A stretch of 64,000 nucleotides of DNA, taken from contig JAJDXX010000035.1 of NCBI GenBank assembly GCA_022823055.1, forward strand, positions 22,054 through 86,053. The letters are read 5' to 3'. A program made the position numbers and the translations under genes. Below are positions 30,889 to 40,429 of the stretch, in pieces. The notes beneath the pieces are model-generated. The model had not been told where the DNA came from. It was given only the letters and a program-made list of their open reading frames with translations, and did not search any database. Source of the stretch: Candidatus Binatia bacterium. GTDB taxonomy: Bacteria > Desulfobacterota > Binatia > UBA9968 > JAJDTQ01. The stretch's first letter is position 1, and each line of letters starts with the position of its first letter.

Positions 30889-31956
30889 TCATGCGCCGCC
30901 GGCGCCTCGATACAGCGAGGATTCCTTGTAGCGTCCGATGAAGAAGCGGGCGAGGACGCCGACGGCGGCGGTGGCAGGCACCGACAGCAGCATGCCGACG
31001 AAGCCGAAGAGGGCGCCGCCGGCGAGGAGGCCGAAGATCAGCCACAGGGGATGCACGGAGATGCGGCTGCCCATGACCCGCGGGGTCAGCACGTAGTCGG
31101 CCAGGAGCTGACCCGCGAGAAAGATCCCCAGGACCACGGCGATGCGGGTCCATTCCGGCCAGAACTGGAGGAAGGCGACTCCCACCGACGAAATCAGCCC
31201 GAAGAGAGTTCCCACGTAGGGGATGAACGACAGGGCGCCGGTGGCCAGTCCGATGGTGAGTCCGTAGTCGAGGCCCGCGAGCGAAAGCGCGATGCCGTAG
31301 AAGGCGGCCAGCGCGGCGCAGATGATGACGGAGCCATGGAGGAAACCCTTGAGCACCACGTCGATGTCGCGCATTATGCCGCGCACCGCGTCGGCATGAT
31401 CCCGGGGCAGCCAGTCGTCCACGGTTTGGACGATGTCGGGCCACTGCCGCAGCACGTAGAACGTGGTGAGGGGAGTGATGGTCAGGAGGGTGGCGACGTT
31501 GACGACCGCGGCGCCGCCCCCAAGAACGCCCTTGAGCAGCGCAAGCCCCAAAGCGGCCATGCGCTGGAGGTTCCCGGCCATGGTCTGGTGCAGGCCCTCG
31601 GGCTGGTCCGCGCCGATGGCGTTGAGCGCCCGGGAGAGGAGAGGGCCGACGGCCTCGATGAGGCGTGCGACGAGGCCGGGAAGCCGTTGAAGCAGGTCCG
31701 CGGCCTGCCCCGCCACCGGCGGGGTCAGCAGCAACAACAGCACCATGCCGCAGCCGAAGAAGCCGGCGCCGATGAGCACCGTGGCCGCGGTGCGGGAGCA
31801 TCCCCGTCGCTCCAGCGCGGTGGCGGCCGGGTCCAGGGCGTAGGCGAGGGCGATGCCCAACACGAAGGGGAACAGGATGGCGCTCAGGAGCCAGACCAGC
31901 AGCAGCGTCGCCGCCAGCACCAGCAGCCAGAACAGGGCTTGTGAGCGAGGGTTCAT
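30889..31956 (-). CDS. AI-2E family transporter (PerM/YhhT-like, PF01594)
   Basis: 8 TM helices; ...FIPYVGTLFGLISSVGVAFLQF... motif characteristic of AI-2E/UPF0118. Confidence 0.75.
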   Translation of the reverse strand: MNPRSQALFWLLVLAATLLLVWLLSAILFPFVLGIALAYALDPAATALERRGCSRTAATVLIGAGFFGCGMVLLLLLTPPVAGQAADLLQRLPGLVARLIEAVGPLLSRALNAIGADQPEGLHQTMAGNLQRMAALGLALLKGVLGGGAAVVNVATLLTITPLTTFYVLRQWPDIVQTVDDWLPRDHADAVRGIMRDIDVVLKGFLHGSVIICAALAAFYGIALSLAGLDYGLTIGLATGALSFIPYVGTLFGLISSVGVAFLQFWPEWTRIAVVLGIFLAGQLLADYVLTPRVMGSRISVHPLWLIFGLLAGGALFGFVGMLLSVPATAAVGVLARFFIGRYKESSLYRGAGGA

Positions 31957-32064
31957 GGACTAACGCGGCGTCCGGTACGTTCCAGCCGCCGTTTGCGGGT
32001 ACTCATGGCCTTGCCCCGCGCTGCCCTGCCGGCGGCGACGGGGGTCTCCAACCGCTCGTGACGG

Positions 32065-32640
32065 TCACTTCGCGTCCGGATCCCGAAGGCTCAGTCCCTT
32101 CGCGGCGCAAAAACGCGTCACTTCGCGTTCCAGCGTCTCGATGCTGTCGCAGGGAACGATCACCGAGGACGCGCGGTGGTCCAGCGCGCCACCGGCAAGG
32201 CGGTCGGACCACCCGCCCGATCCCCCCAGGACGTAGATGGGCCGGGCGTGAATCCAGCCGAAGCACAACTCGGAAAGGGTGCCGGCGCCGCCGCCCACGG
32301 CCACGATGAAGTCGCCGGCCAGCGCGGTCAGCACGTTGCGCGCATGGCCTAAGCCGGTGGGGATGACGACATCGCACCACGGGTTGGCAGAGCGCGCGTC
32401 CGTGCCCGGCATGATCCCCACGGTGAGGCCGCCGGCGCCGGCGGCGCCGCGCGAGGCCGCTTCCATGACGCCGCCACGGCCGCCGGTGACCAGGGTGATG
32501 CCGCGACGGGCCAGCATGTCGCCGGCCTGCTCGGCCAGCGCCAGATTGTCGTAGGATGCGTCCGAGTCCCCTACCAGCGCGGCTTGGGCGAAGCGTGCGG
32601 CATCGGGCGTCACGAATCCTCCCCGACGGCCTGTACGCAC
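32065..32640 (-). CDS. LOG/TIGR00725 family Rossmann-fold protein
   Basis: LVTGGRGGVMEAASRGA...GIMPG...VAVGGGAGTLSE motifs of the LOG (lysine-decarboxylase-like misnomer) family. Confidence 0.6.
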   Translation of the reverse strand: MRTGRRGGFVTPDAARFAQAALVGDSDASYDNLALAEQAGDMLARRGITLVTGGRGGVMEAASRGAAGAGGLTVGIMPGTDARSANPWCDVVIPTGLGHARNVLTALAGDFIVAVGGGAGTLSELCFGWIHARPIYVLGGSGGWSDRLAGGALDHRASSVIVPCDSIETLEREVTRFCAAKGLSLRDPDAK

Positions 32641-32702
32641 AAGGGCTCAGCAATCCGCCGGTGCATTTTGCCGTGCCTCCGCGGGATACAGACCGTCAGC
32701 TC

Positions 32703-34169
32703 TCAGTCCAGCAGGTAGCCGAACTTCTCATGAGCCTTGCGCACCACGTCCGGACCGGGCGCGTTCACCTTGGGGTACTTGTCGAACCACTCGTAGGGAC
32801 GGCAGGCGTCCACCACTACGCGGGAGTTGGTGAGGTCCTGGACCTTGCGCTGGTCCGGCGTCACCCGCGGGTCGGCGGGGGAGGTGCGCATCTTGCGCAG
32901 GATCTCGATGGAGGTCTCGGGGTCGGTGCGCGTGAGCATGGCCCAGATCAACTCGTCCAGGTTGGACACGTCCACGTCGTCGTCCACCACGATGACGAAC
33001 TTGCAGCCGTACACCACCGAGCCGCAGGACGACGCGAGCACCCCCGCCTGCTTGGCGTGGCCGGGGTAGCGCTGCTTGATGCCGATGCCGTGCAGCAGGC
33101 GCGAGGCGCCGACCTCGTGGCACCATACCTGGGTGACGTCGGGCACGCCGGCGTTGGCCAGTTCGTGCTTGAGCATGGCCGAGCGCATGATGGCGCGGTA
33201 GCGGGCCATCTCGTCGGAACCCGCGCCCAGCGGCGGCACGCCCAGGATGATGGGATCGTTTCGGTGGTAGATGGCGCGGATGTCCAGGGTGGGCTGAGCG
33301 CTGGCGCCGCCGGCATAGTAACCGGTCCATTCCCCGAACGGCCCCTCCACCGCGCGCTCGTCCTGGGTCAGGAACCCTTCCAGCACGATCTCCGCGTTGG
33401 CCGGGATGGGCAGTCCCGTCACCTTGCCGCGCACCACCTCCACGGGGGTGCCGCGCAGCCCGCCCACCACGTCGAACTCGCACACGCCGTAGGGGAACTC
33501 CGTGCCCCCCACGAAGAACGACATGGGGTCGCTGCCCACCACCAGCGCCACGGGCATGGGCTGTCCCTTGTCGAAGTACTTCTTGCGGTGCATGTAGGCG
33601 TGCTTGCCCGGCACGAACAGCAGGCTCACCGACTTCGGGCTCTGCACCATGGCGCGGTACGTGCCGACGTTGATCCAGCGCTCGTCCGGGTCGATGGTGA
33701 CACAGAAGCAGCCCGTGCCGATGTAGCGGCCGCCGTCGTCCCGGTGCCACTTGGGGGTGGGGAACTTCATGACGTCGACGTCGTCGCCGGTGAGGATGTT
33801 CTCGAACACCGGCCCGTCGTCCACCACCACGTGGGGCAGGCGCCGCTGCACCTTGATGTAGTGGTCGAAGAAAGCCTGGCTCAACTCCTGCTTGGTGAGG
33901 TGGTCGGGAAACCCCAGCGTCATGTTCCGGCGCTTGCCGGCGAAGGCGTTGATCAGGACGCGGAACCCCTTGGGGCAGCCGGGGACCTCGTCGAACAGCA
34001 CCGCCGGCCCGTCGTCCACGCGGATCACCGCGTCGGCGGCCAAGCCGATGTCCTCTTCCCAGCTCGCGCCGGTGACGGTGCGCAACTCGCCCAGGGCGTC
34101 GGCCCGGGCCATCCATTCGCGGAGGTCGTGGTAGGGGAGTCTGGCTTCCATGGTTTCGGTGGTGGACAT
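32703..34169 (-). CDS. UbiD-family (prFMN-dependent) decarboxylase/carboxylase
   Basis: 488 aa; full-length UbiD family similarity (...GPFGEWTGYYAG..., ...VIVVDDDVDVSNLDELIWAMLTR...). Confidence 0.85.
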   Translation of the reverse strand: MSTTETMEARLPYHDLREWMARADALGELRTVTGASWEEDIGLAADAVIRVDDGPAVLFDEVPGCPKGFRVLINAFAGKRRNMTLGFPDHLTKQELSQAFFDHYIKVQRRLPHVVVDDGPVFENILTGDDVDVMKFPTPKWHRDDGGRYIGTGCFCVTIDPDERWINVGTYRAMVQSPKSVSLLFVPGKHAYMHRKKYFDKGQPMPVALVVGSDPMSFFVGGTEFPYGVCEFDVVGGLRGTPVEVVRGKVTGLPIPANAEIVLEGFLTQDERAVEGPFGEWTGYYAGGASAQPTLDIRAIYHRNDPIILGVPPLGAGSDEMARYRAIMRSAMLKHELANAGVPDVTQVWCHEVGASRLLHGIGIKQRYPGHAKQAGVLASSCGSVVYGCKFVIVVDDDVDVSNLDELIWAMLTRTDPETSIEILRKMRTSPADPRVTPDQRKVQDLTNSRVVVDACRPYEWFDKYPKVNAPGPDVVRKAHEKFGYLLD

Positions 34170-34198
34170 GCAGTTCGTTCCTCTCGGATGGTTTCCTC

Positions 34199-35083
34199 TC
34201 AGGCGGCCATGGACTTGATGCGTTCCACGGCTTCGTTCACCAAATCGTCGGTGGTCTCGTTGGCGCCGACGATGCCGACCCGGGACATGCCGGTGAACCA
34301 GGAGCGTTCCAGGTCGTCGACCTTCTCGATGCGGTGGACGTTGTCGTTGAACGCCCGCGCCACCTCCTCCATGCGGTTGGTCATGCCCTCGGTCCAGCCG
34401 AAGATGACCACCGCCTCCACGTCGCGCGCCAGTTCCTCCACCTTGGGCAACCGTTGCAGCGAGTCAATGCACGCGGTGTTGCGGATGCGCACGTTGGCGA
34501 AGCGTTCTAGGATCCGGCTCATGATCCCGGTATAGCTCTCCATCCAGAAGGTTGTCTGGACGATGACGCCCACGGGCTCGAAGCGGGTCAGGCGGATGTC
34601 GGCCACGTCTTCTTCCTTCTCGACGATGAACACCTCCCGTTCCTTCTCCTTGGCGATGCCCATGAGGCGCGGGATGCCGTGGTGCGTGCGGCTGCTCAGG
34701 ATCACCAGGTGGCAGCCCTGGTCCAGCAGCTCCAGCTCCGCCTCCTCCTGCTGAATCACGAACGGGCAGGTGGCGTCGGCCAGAAGCTCCAGGCCCTGCT
34801 CTTTCGCCTGCCTGCGGATCTCCGGCGGCGCGCCGCGCACGCCGTAGATGAGCTTCTCGTCCTTAATGGAGTCCATGTCGTTGGTGGAGCGGATGCCTTC
34901 CTCGTCCTCCAGCGACTTGAAGGCGATGAAGTCGTTCTCGGGCCTCAAGGACCACACGGCGATGCCGTTGCCGTATTTCTCCACCATCTTCTGGTGCATG
35001 GCGCCGGCGCGGTGCACGCCCACGCACAGACCCGACGGCGGAATCCCCTTGGTACCCTTGAAGTCGACCTTGACCACTTCCAT
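34199..35083 (-). CDS. IspH/LytB-like [4Fe-4S] protein (divergent paralog of HMBPP reductase)
   Basis: Aligns with IspH: GLCVGVHRA (E. coli GFCAGVDRA), DATCPFV (DATCPLV), VQTT (TQTT), NTACIDS (ICYATT), so all three cluster Cys are kept. The IspH H41/H74/E126/S225-S226/S269 equivalents are substituted. ATG at 35083 has a strong GAGGAGG RBS. Confidence 0.7.
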   Translation of the reverse strand: MEVVKVDFKGTKGIPPSGLCVGVHRAGAMHQKMVEKYGNGIAVWSLRPENDFIAFKSLEDEEGIRSTNDMDSIKDEKLIYGVRGAPPEIRRQAKEQGLELLADATCPFVIQQEEAELELLDQGCHLVILSSRTHHGIPRLMGIAKEKEREVFIVEKEEDVADIRLTRFEPVGVIVQTTFWMESYTGIMSRILERFANVRIRNTACIDSLQRLPKVEELARDVEAVVIFGWTEGMTNRMEEVARAFNDNVHRIEKVDDLERSWFTGMSRVGIVGANETTDDLVNEAVERIKSMAA

Positions 35084-35234
35084 GAGAGCCTCCTCGCTGT
35101 TACGTGCCCGTCGCGGAATGGTTGCAAATCGGGGAGGGTTTTTCAACGGCTCACGCGGTTGCCTCGCCTATCCAGATTTCGCTTGATTTCTGGAATGAAG
35201 TGGACAAGGTCCTTAGGATGAAAGGGTCGATTCC

Positions 35235-35615
35235 ATGAAGACATTGAAGATCGGCATCGCCGGCTATGACCGGATGAAGGCGCGCACCATGGCGATTGCC
35301 CGCGGCGAGTACAAGCCCGCGAAGGGTGAGCCGAAGGTCTGGTTCACATCGGTAGAGAGTTTCGCGAAGGTGCTCTCGCAGCGCAATCGAGAACTCTTGA
35401 CGCTGATCGCACGGGAACAGCCGGGCTCGCTCACGGAACTGGCGGAGCTGTCCGGGAGACACAAGTCGAATCTGTCGCGCACCCTCAAGACGATATCGCG
35501 GTATGGCTTGGTGGAATTGAAGGAAGGGCGACGGGGCGCGTTGATCCCGCGTGTGCCATACGACCGTGTGAGCCTCGACGTCCTGTTGACCGCCACCCCG
35601 CGGCAGGTCGCGTAG
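35235..35615 (+). CDS. Small predicted winged-helix transcriptional regulator
   Basis: 126 aa; putative HTH SLTELAELSGRHKSNLSRTLKTISRYGLVE; lies in a lower-GC patch. Confidence 0.45.
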   Translation: MKTLKIGIAGYDRMKARTMAIARGEYKPAKGEPKVWFTSVESFAKVLSQRNRELLTLIAREQPGSLTELAELSGRHKSNLSRTLKTISRYGLVELKEGRRGALIPRVPYDRVSLDVLLTATPRQVA

Positions 35616-35709
35616 GCTGGCGAGAAGGCAATCGACAATAATGGATGTCGCAGACAGCGACGGACTCGAGGCTTGGCTCGAAGGCAAGCCGCTGTACGCC
35701 CATTTTGGA

Positions 35710-35747
35710 CCCTGGTCAAAATCAGCCACGGCCAATTTTGACCAGGG
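35710..35747. terminator. Perfect 13-bp inverted repeat CCCTGGTCAAAAT-N12-ATTTTGACCAGGG between convergent genes (hairpin terminator or operator)
   Basis: Seen directly; lies between the stop of the small regulator (35615) and the stop of the VOC-family gene (35761). Confidence 0.4.
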
Positions 35748-35760
35748 GTGAAAACAGCCG

Positions 35761-36801
35761 TCAGCCTTGCGCGGCGTGGGCCTTCTCGGCCTCGACGGCG
35801 ACGTCGGTGAGGTACTCTTCCTGCTCCACGATGGTGTAGAAGGCGAGCGAGCCGTCGTCCTTCACGGGCCGGCCGCCGAAGAAGTGGAAGGCGTGGCCGT
35901 CCCAGTCGTAGAACTCGTCGCCCCGCTCGAACATGGCCTTCCAGCGGTAGCCCACCGGACTGCGGTGCAGGCCGGTGCGCGCCGGCAGCGCGTCCTCCTG
36001 CTCCAGCGTGAGGGTGTCGTCCTCCTTGGCCATGGCTTCCTCGGGCAGGGTCTCCCACATGCGCCGGTAGTTGGGCATGAACTCCTCGGCCCGCACGGTC
36101 AGCGCCGTATGCATGTCCCACCACGGTCCGTGCCCGGCCACGCGCTCGTCCACCTGGTCCGTGAGCTTGTAGATGAGCCGGCCGCCGGCTTGCAGCCGCA
36201 GCACCAGGTTGCCCTCGGCCACGTTGGGGTTCACTTCCGGTTCCAGGGCGCAGTACTTGCCGAAGAAGTCGGCGGTGCGGCTCAGGTCCCGGGAGCCGTA
36301 CACGGCGTGGCTGATGCGCCCGACGCCCTCGGTGGTGCAGATCTCCATGGCGCCCTCGGGCATGTGCTCCGGCGCCCAGAACTCGAACTGGTTGCCGTCG
36401 GGGTCGGCGAAGTAGATCACCGTGCCCTCGTCGCCGCCGTCCGCCGTGCGCACCGGGTCGGTGTGGGGGATGTCGTGGCGGTCGAGCCGCTTGAGGTGCC
36501 GGTCCACGTCCTCGGGGCGGATGTAGAAGCCGCATCGCGGCAACTCGTCGCCCAAGGGCTTGGCGGTCGGGTAGACCTCGGGCTGGAGGAACGCGCCGAT
36601 GCGGCACGACTCGCCGTCCCACCACAGGAAGCACATGATCGGGACCTCCTTCTTGCGCCCCGTGGTGGTGATGCCGCGGATCGGCCGCCGGGTGATGCCG
36701 GTGGCGTTCACCGCCCAGTCGACCCACTCGACCATGTCGTTGGTGCCCACGATGAAGTGATCGATCCAATGCACGACGCCGCGCGGTTCATGTCTTGTCA
36801 T
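35761..36801 (-). CDS. VOC (glyoxalase/bleomycin-resistance/dioxygenase) family two-domain protein
   Basis: VHWIDHFIVGTNDMVEWVDW... and repeated beta-alpha-beta-beta-beta-like segments; family call tentative. Confidence 0.5.
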   Translation of the reverse strand: MTRHEPRGVVHWIDHFIVGTNDMVEWVDWAVNATGITRRPIRGITTTGRKKEVPIMCFLWWDGESCRIGAFLQPEVYPTAKPLGDELPRCGFYIRPEDVDRHLKRLDRHDIPHTDPVRTADGGDEGTVIYFADPDGNQFEFWAPEHMPEGAMEICTTEGVGRISHAVYGSRDLSRTADFFGKYCALEPEVNPNVAEGNLVLRLQAGGRLIYKLTDQVDERVAGHGPWWDMHTALTVRAEEFMPNYRRMWETLPEEAMAKEDDTLTLEQEDALPARTGLHRSPVGYRWKAMFERGDEFYDWDGHAFHFFGGRPVKDDGSLAFYTIVEQEEYLTDVAVEAEKAHAAQG

Positions 36802-36919
36802 TGCTTGCCTCCCTTCGGCTGGCAGGCCGGGTATTCCTCGGCAACCGACCCTTGCGGATCATGAGACGCCGATACCAAACCGGGTTTCCAGTGTCAACGA
36901 CGCACGGGCCTCGTCACGT

Positions 36920-37330
36920 TCATTCGTCGAGGGACTTCATGTACTCGATGACGTTGCGCCGGTCCTTTTCCCTGAAGTATTTCATCGTCATGCGCGACTT
37001 GACCTTGGGGTCCTTGAGAAAGCCACGGAGAAATTTCTTGGGGTTTCTGAGGTATTGAAACAGGGTCTCGTCGCTCCAGACCAAGCCCTCCTTGCCCGCG
37101 CGCACGTAGGCCGGCGAGTATCGGAACCCTTCGGCCTGTCCCGCGGGGCGGCCCAGGACCTTGTGGAGGGTGGGTCCAGTCTTGTGCTTGCCCTCCACGT
37201 CGGTATGGCACACAAGACAACGTTTGAAGACCTTCTTGCCGGCTGCCAGGTCATTCTCGGCGAAGGCCGCGTTGGCACCCAAAGCCGCCCATGCCATGAG
37301 CGCCGACAACAGGAGAATGCCTGGTGCCAT
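36920..37330 (-). CDS. Class I cytochrome c (mono-haem, c2/c550-like) with signal peptide
   Basis: CLVCH haem-binding motif ~25 aa after the signal peptide; Met ligand region ...SRMTMKY; gene sits in a ~55% GC stretch. Confidence 0.75.
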   Translation of the reverse strand: MAPGILLLSALMAWAALGANAAFAENDLAAGKKVFKRCLVCHTDVEGKHKTGPTLHKVLGRPAGQAEGFRYSPAYVRAGKEGLVWSDETLFQYLRNPKKFLRGFLKDPKVKSRMTMKYFREKDRRNVIEYMKSLDE

Positions 37331-37592
37331 CGTAAAACCTCCCGTGCTCACCGTGGATGGGTTACGGGCCACGAGTCCGTGTGAGCCTCTCTACAATTTA
37401 GGTACTGTTGGCGGGAATTGAAAGAGAAACGGAAGACCCACGGAATTGGCTTCTCGTTGTTTCGGTGCCGGTACCGGTGGTATATTGGGGTCACCTGTCC
37501 TGGGATGGATTCGAGGCGGCTGGCAGAGTTGACTCGAGTCGGTCGTAGAAGGTCTCATGCAAGAGGAGGCTTGGCAGGTGGTGCTTACGAGA

Positions 37593-38660
37593 ATGACCTT
37601 CGGGTTGGTCCTGGTGGCCTTGCTGTGGCTGGCTGCCCCGGCGGCGAGCGCGGGCGCCGAGGGAGGAAAGGACGTCGCGGCGGTCCGGGCCGAGTTGGGC
37701 AAGCGGCTGTTCTACGACGAGCGGCTTTCAGGCGACGTCAACTTCGCCTGTGCGACCTGCCACCAACCGGACAAGGCGTTCAGCGACGGCAAGGCTCTGT
37801 CCGCCGCCTACACCGGCGCCGCCCACTTCCGCAACACCCCCACCCTCGCCAATGTCGGCCGCCGCGCCGCGTGGATGCACGACGGCCGCCTGGGCACGAA
37901 CCTCAACGACGTCACCCGCGAGATGATCACCGAGACCTACCTCATGAACATGGACATGAGGCTCATGCAGGAACGTCTCAAGCAGGATCCGGTCTACGTC
38001 GAGATGTTCAGCGCCGCCGGGCTGGGGGAGCCGTCCAACGGCGGCGCCCGCGGGGCCCTGGCCGTATTCCTGGGCACCATCGTCTCGCGCGGCGCGCCCG
38101 TCGATACGGGGGAACTGTCCGCGGCCGCCCGGCGGGGACAGACGCTGTTCCAGGGCCGGGCGGGCTGCGCTTCATGCCACTCGGGGGCGCGATACACCGA
38201 CGACAAGCCGCACAACACCGGCGTCCCGGACAATCCGGAGATCTGGGCCGATCCGCGACGACACTCGGCCTTCGTGACCTACGCCAAGTTCATGGGCATC
38301 GAGAACTACATGGCCCTGCGCGAGGATCCCGGCGCCTACGTGCGCACCCACCGGCCGGAGACCCGCCGCAGCTTCCTCACCCCGACGCTGCGGGAGCTCA
38401 AGTGGACGGCGCCCTACATGCACAACGGCGTGCTCGGTTCGCTGGGGGAGGTCGTGGATTTCTATGACGCCGGCGGCGGGGACGATCCGTTGAAGGACCC
38501 ACGACTCAAGCCGCTCGGATTGACGCCCGGAGAGAAGGCCGATCTCGTGGCTTTTCTAGAGGCGCTGAGCGGCGAGACGTTCGATACCGACGAATTCGTC
38601 TGGCGCGCGGACGACTACGACTACAAGCCGGTCCGGAACTGGCGCAAGGCACCGAACTGA
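37593..38660 (+). CDS. Di-haem cytochrome c peroxidase family protein 1 (CCP/MauG family)
   Basis: Signal peptide; two CxxCH motifs (CATCH, CASCH); PTLRELKWTAPYMHNGVLGSLGEVV matches the CCP-family TPSLRNV..TAPYFHNG block. Confidence 0.8.
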   Translation: MTFGLVLVALLWLAAPAASAGAEGGKDVAAVRAELGKRLFYDERLSGDVNFACATCHQPDKAFSDGKALSAAYTGAAHFRNTPTLANVGRRAAWMHDGRLGTNLNDVTREMITETYLMNMDMRLMQERLKQDPVYVEMFSAAGLGEPSNGGARGALAVFLGTIVSRGAPVDTGELSAAARRGQTLFQGRAGCASCHSGARYTDDKPHNTGVPDNPEIWADPRRHSAFVTYAKFMGIENYMALREDPGAYVRTHRPETRRSFLTPTLRELKWTAPYMHNGVLGSLGEVVDFYDAGGGDDPLKDPRLKPLGLTPGEKADLVAFLEALSGETFDTDEFVWRADDYDYKPVRNWRKAPN

Positions 38661-38671
38661 GGGAGAGCACG

Positions 38672-39811
38672 GTGAACGGCGTCCGAACGATTCTCGTTGT
38701 CCTGACGGTCGCAGTGCTGGTGGCGGCCGCGGCGCCGGCGAACGCCGTGCGGCCGCCTGAGCTGGCGCCTCTGGGTCCGCCTCCCGTTCCGGCGGACAAC
38801 CCGATGTCGGCGGAGAAGGTCGAGCTCGGCAAGCTGCTGTTCTTCGATCCCATCCTCTCGGGCAACTACGCCATGCCGTGTGCCGTGTGCCACTTTCCCG
38901 AGGCGGGCTGGTCGGTGCCGGAGCCCGTCAGCACGGGCTACCCCGGCACCATCCACTGGCGCAACAGCCAGACCATCATCAACGCCGCCTACTACGGCAA
39001 GCTCTTCTGGGCCGGTTCCTCCAAGTCGCTGGAGTCCCAGGCGCGCTCCGCCGCCCGGGGCGCGGTGGCGGGCAACGGCGAGGACGACATGATGGAAGCG
39101 CGGCTCGCCTTCGTGCCCGAGTACCGGCGGCGGTTCAAGGAGGTCTTCGGCGACGACTGGCCCAACATCCGCCACGCCTACATGGCCATCGCCGCGTTCC
39201 AGCGCACCCTGGTCCAGACCGACACGCCCTTCGACCGCTACATGCGCGGCGACGACAATGCGCTGAACGCCTCGCAGAAGCGGGGCCTCGAGCTGTTCGC
39301 CGGCAAGGCCAACTGCATCGCCTGTCACAACGGGCCGCTCCTGACGGACGAGAAGTACCACAACGTGGGCGTGCCCCCCTACACGGGCTGGGAAGACGAC
39401 GCGGTGGCGCAGATCACCTTCCGCTTCGAGCTTTACGCCAAGGGCGTCACCGAGGCCATGTACCGCAAGACCAAGGACGACCCCGGGCTTTATTTCCGGG
39501 CCAAGGAAAAGAAGCACTTGGGCAAGTTCCGTACCCCGAGCCTCCGCTACACCAGGTACACGTCCCCCTACATGCACAACGGCATGCTGGCGACCCTGCC
39601 CGACGTGGTGGAATTCTACAACCGCGGCGGCGGCAAGAACGAGTTCGCCGCCACCAAGAGCCCGTTGATCCGGCCCTTGGGCCTCAGCGATGCCGAGATG
39701 GACGACCTGGTGGCGTTCCTGGAGGGCCTTTCGGGCAAGGAGATCCTGATGGAGACGCCGGATCTCCCGGTGATGGAGCCGTTGCCGCCTCCGGGCGGGA
39801 AGGGGAAGTAG
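38672..39811 (+). CDS. Di-haem cytochrome c peroxidase family protein 2 (paralog)
   Basis: Signal peptide; CAVCH and CIACH; TPSLRYTRYTSPYMHNGMLATLPDVV. Confidence 0.8.
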   Translation: MNGVRTILVVLTVAVLVAAAAPANAVRPPELAPLGPPPVPADNPMSAEKVELGKLLFFDPILSGNYAMPCAVCHFPEAGWSVPEPVSTGYPGTIHWRNSQTIINAAYYGKLFWAGSSKSLESQARSAARGAVAGNGEDDMMEARLAFVPEYRRRFKEVFGDDWPNIRHAYMAIAAFQRTLVQTDTPFDRYMRGDDNALNASQKRGLELFAGKANCIACHNGPLLTDEKYHNVGVPPYTGWEDDAVAQITFRFELYAKGVTEAMYRKTKDDPGLYFRAKEKKHLGKFRTPSLRYTRYTSPYMHNGMLATLPDVVEFYNRGGGKNEFAATKSPLIRPLGLSDAEMDDLVAFLEGLSGKEILMETPDLPVMEPLPPPGGKGK

Positions 39812-39838
39812 CGTCCGCGGACGCCGGAGGACAGTGCC

Positions 39839-40417
39839 ATGACGATATCCTGCGGAAACCTCCCTCGGCAGCCCGCGGGCGACGGGGCAAACGACGGCTC
39901 GACACCCTGCCTGGTGAGCCGGCGCAGCTTCCTCCTGTGGAGCGGCATCACCACCGCGGTGATCATGGTCGGCATCCCCGGGCGTCCCGGGGCGCAGACG
40001 CCGGCGGTGGTGTCCACCTACCCGCGCAAACTCATCGGCAAGCTGTCCTCGCTGGAGCTGAATGAGCCCGTCGACTTCGAATATCCTGACGAGGGAGACT
40101 ACGCGGAGTCGATCCTGGTGAAGCTCGGCACCCCCGCGGGCGGCGGCATCGGCCCCGGCCGCGACGTGGTGGCGTTCAACTACACGTGCACGCACCAGGG
40201 CGGCCCGCTCCAGGGCACCTACCGGCCCGAGGACAAGGCGCTGGGTCCGTGCCCGCTGCACCTGACCACCTTCGACCTCACGCGCCACGGCATCTTCATC
40301 TCGGGGCAGGCCTACCAGTCGCTGCCCCAGGTGCTGCTGGAGCTCGACGGCGACGACATCTACGCCGTCGGCATGTTCGGCCTGATCTACGGCCGGTTCG
40401 ACAATCTCCAGTCCTGA
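39839..40417 (+). CDS. Rieske [2Fe-2S] small subunit of an arsenite-oxidase-family (AioB/IdrB-like) molybdoenzyme, Tat signal
   Basis: Twin-arginine motif SRRSFLLW; Rieske boxes CTHQGG ... CPLHLT; positioned immediately upstream of the Mo large subunit as in aioBA. Confidence 0.75.
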   Translation: MTISCGNLPRQPAGDGANDGSTPCLVSRRSFLLWSGITTAVIMVGIPGRPGAQTPAVVSTYPRKLIGKLSSLELNEPVDFEYPDEGDYAESILVKLGTPAGGGIGPGRDVVAFNYTCTHQGGPLQGTYRPEDKALGPCPLHLTTFDLTRHGIFISGQAYQSLPQVLLELDGDDIYAVGMFGLIYGRFDNLQS

Positions 40418-40429
40418 GGATCCGTTGAC

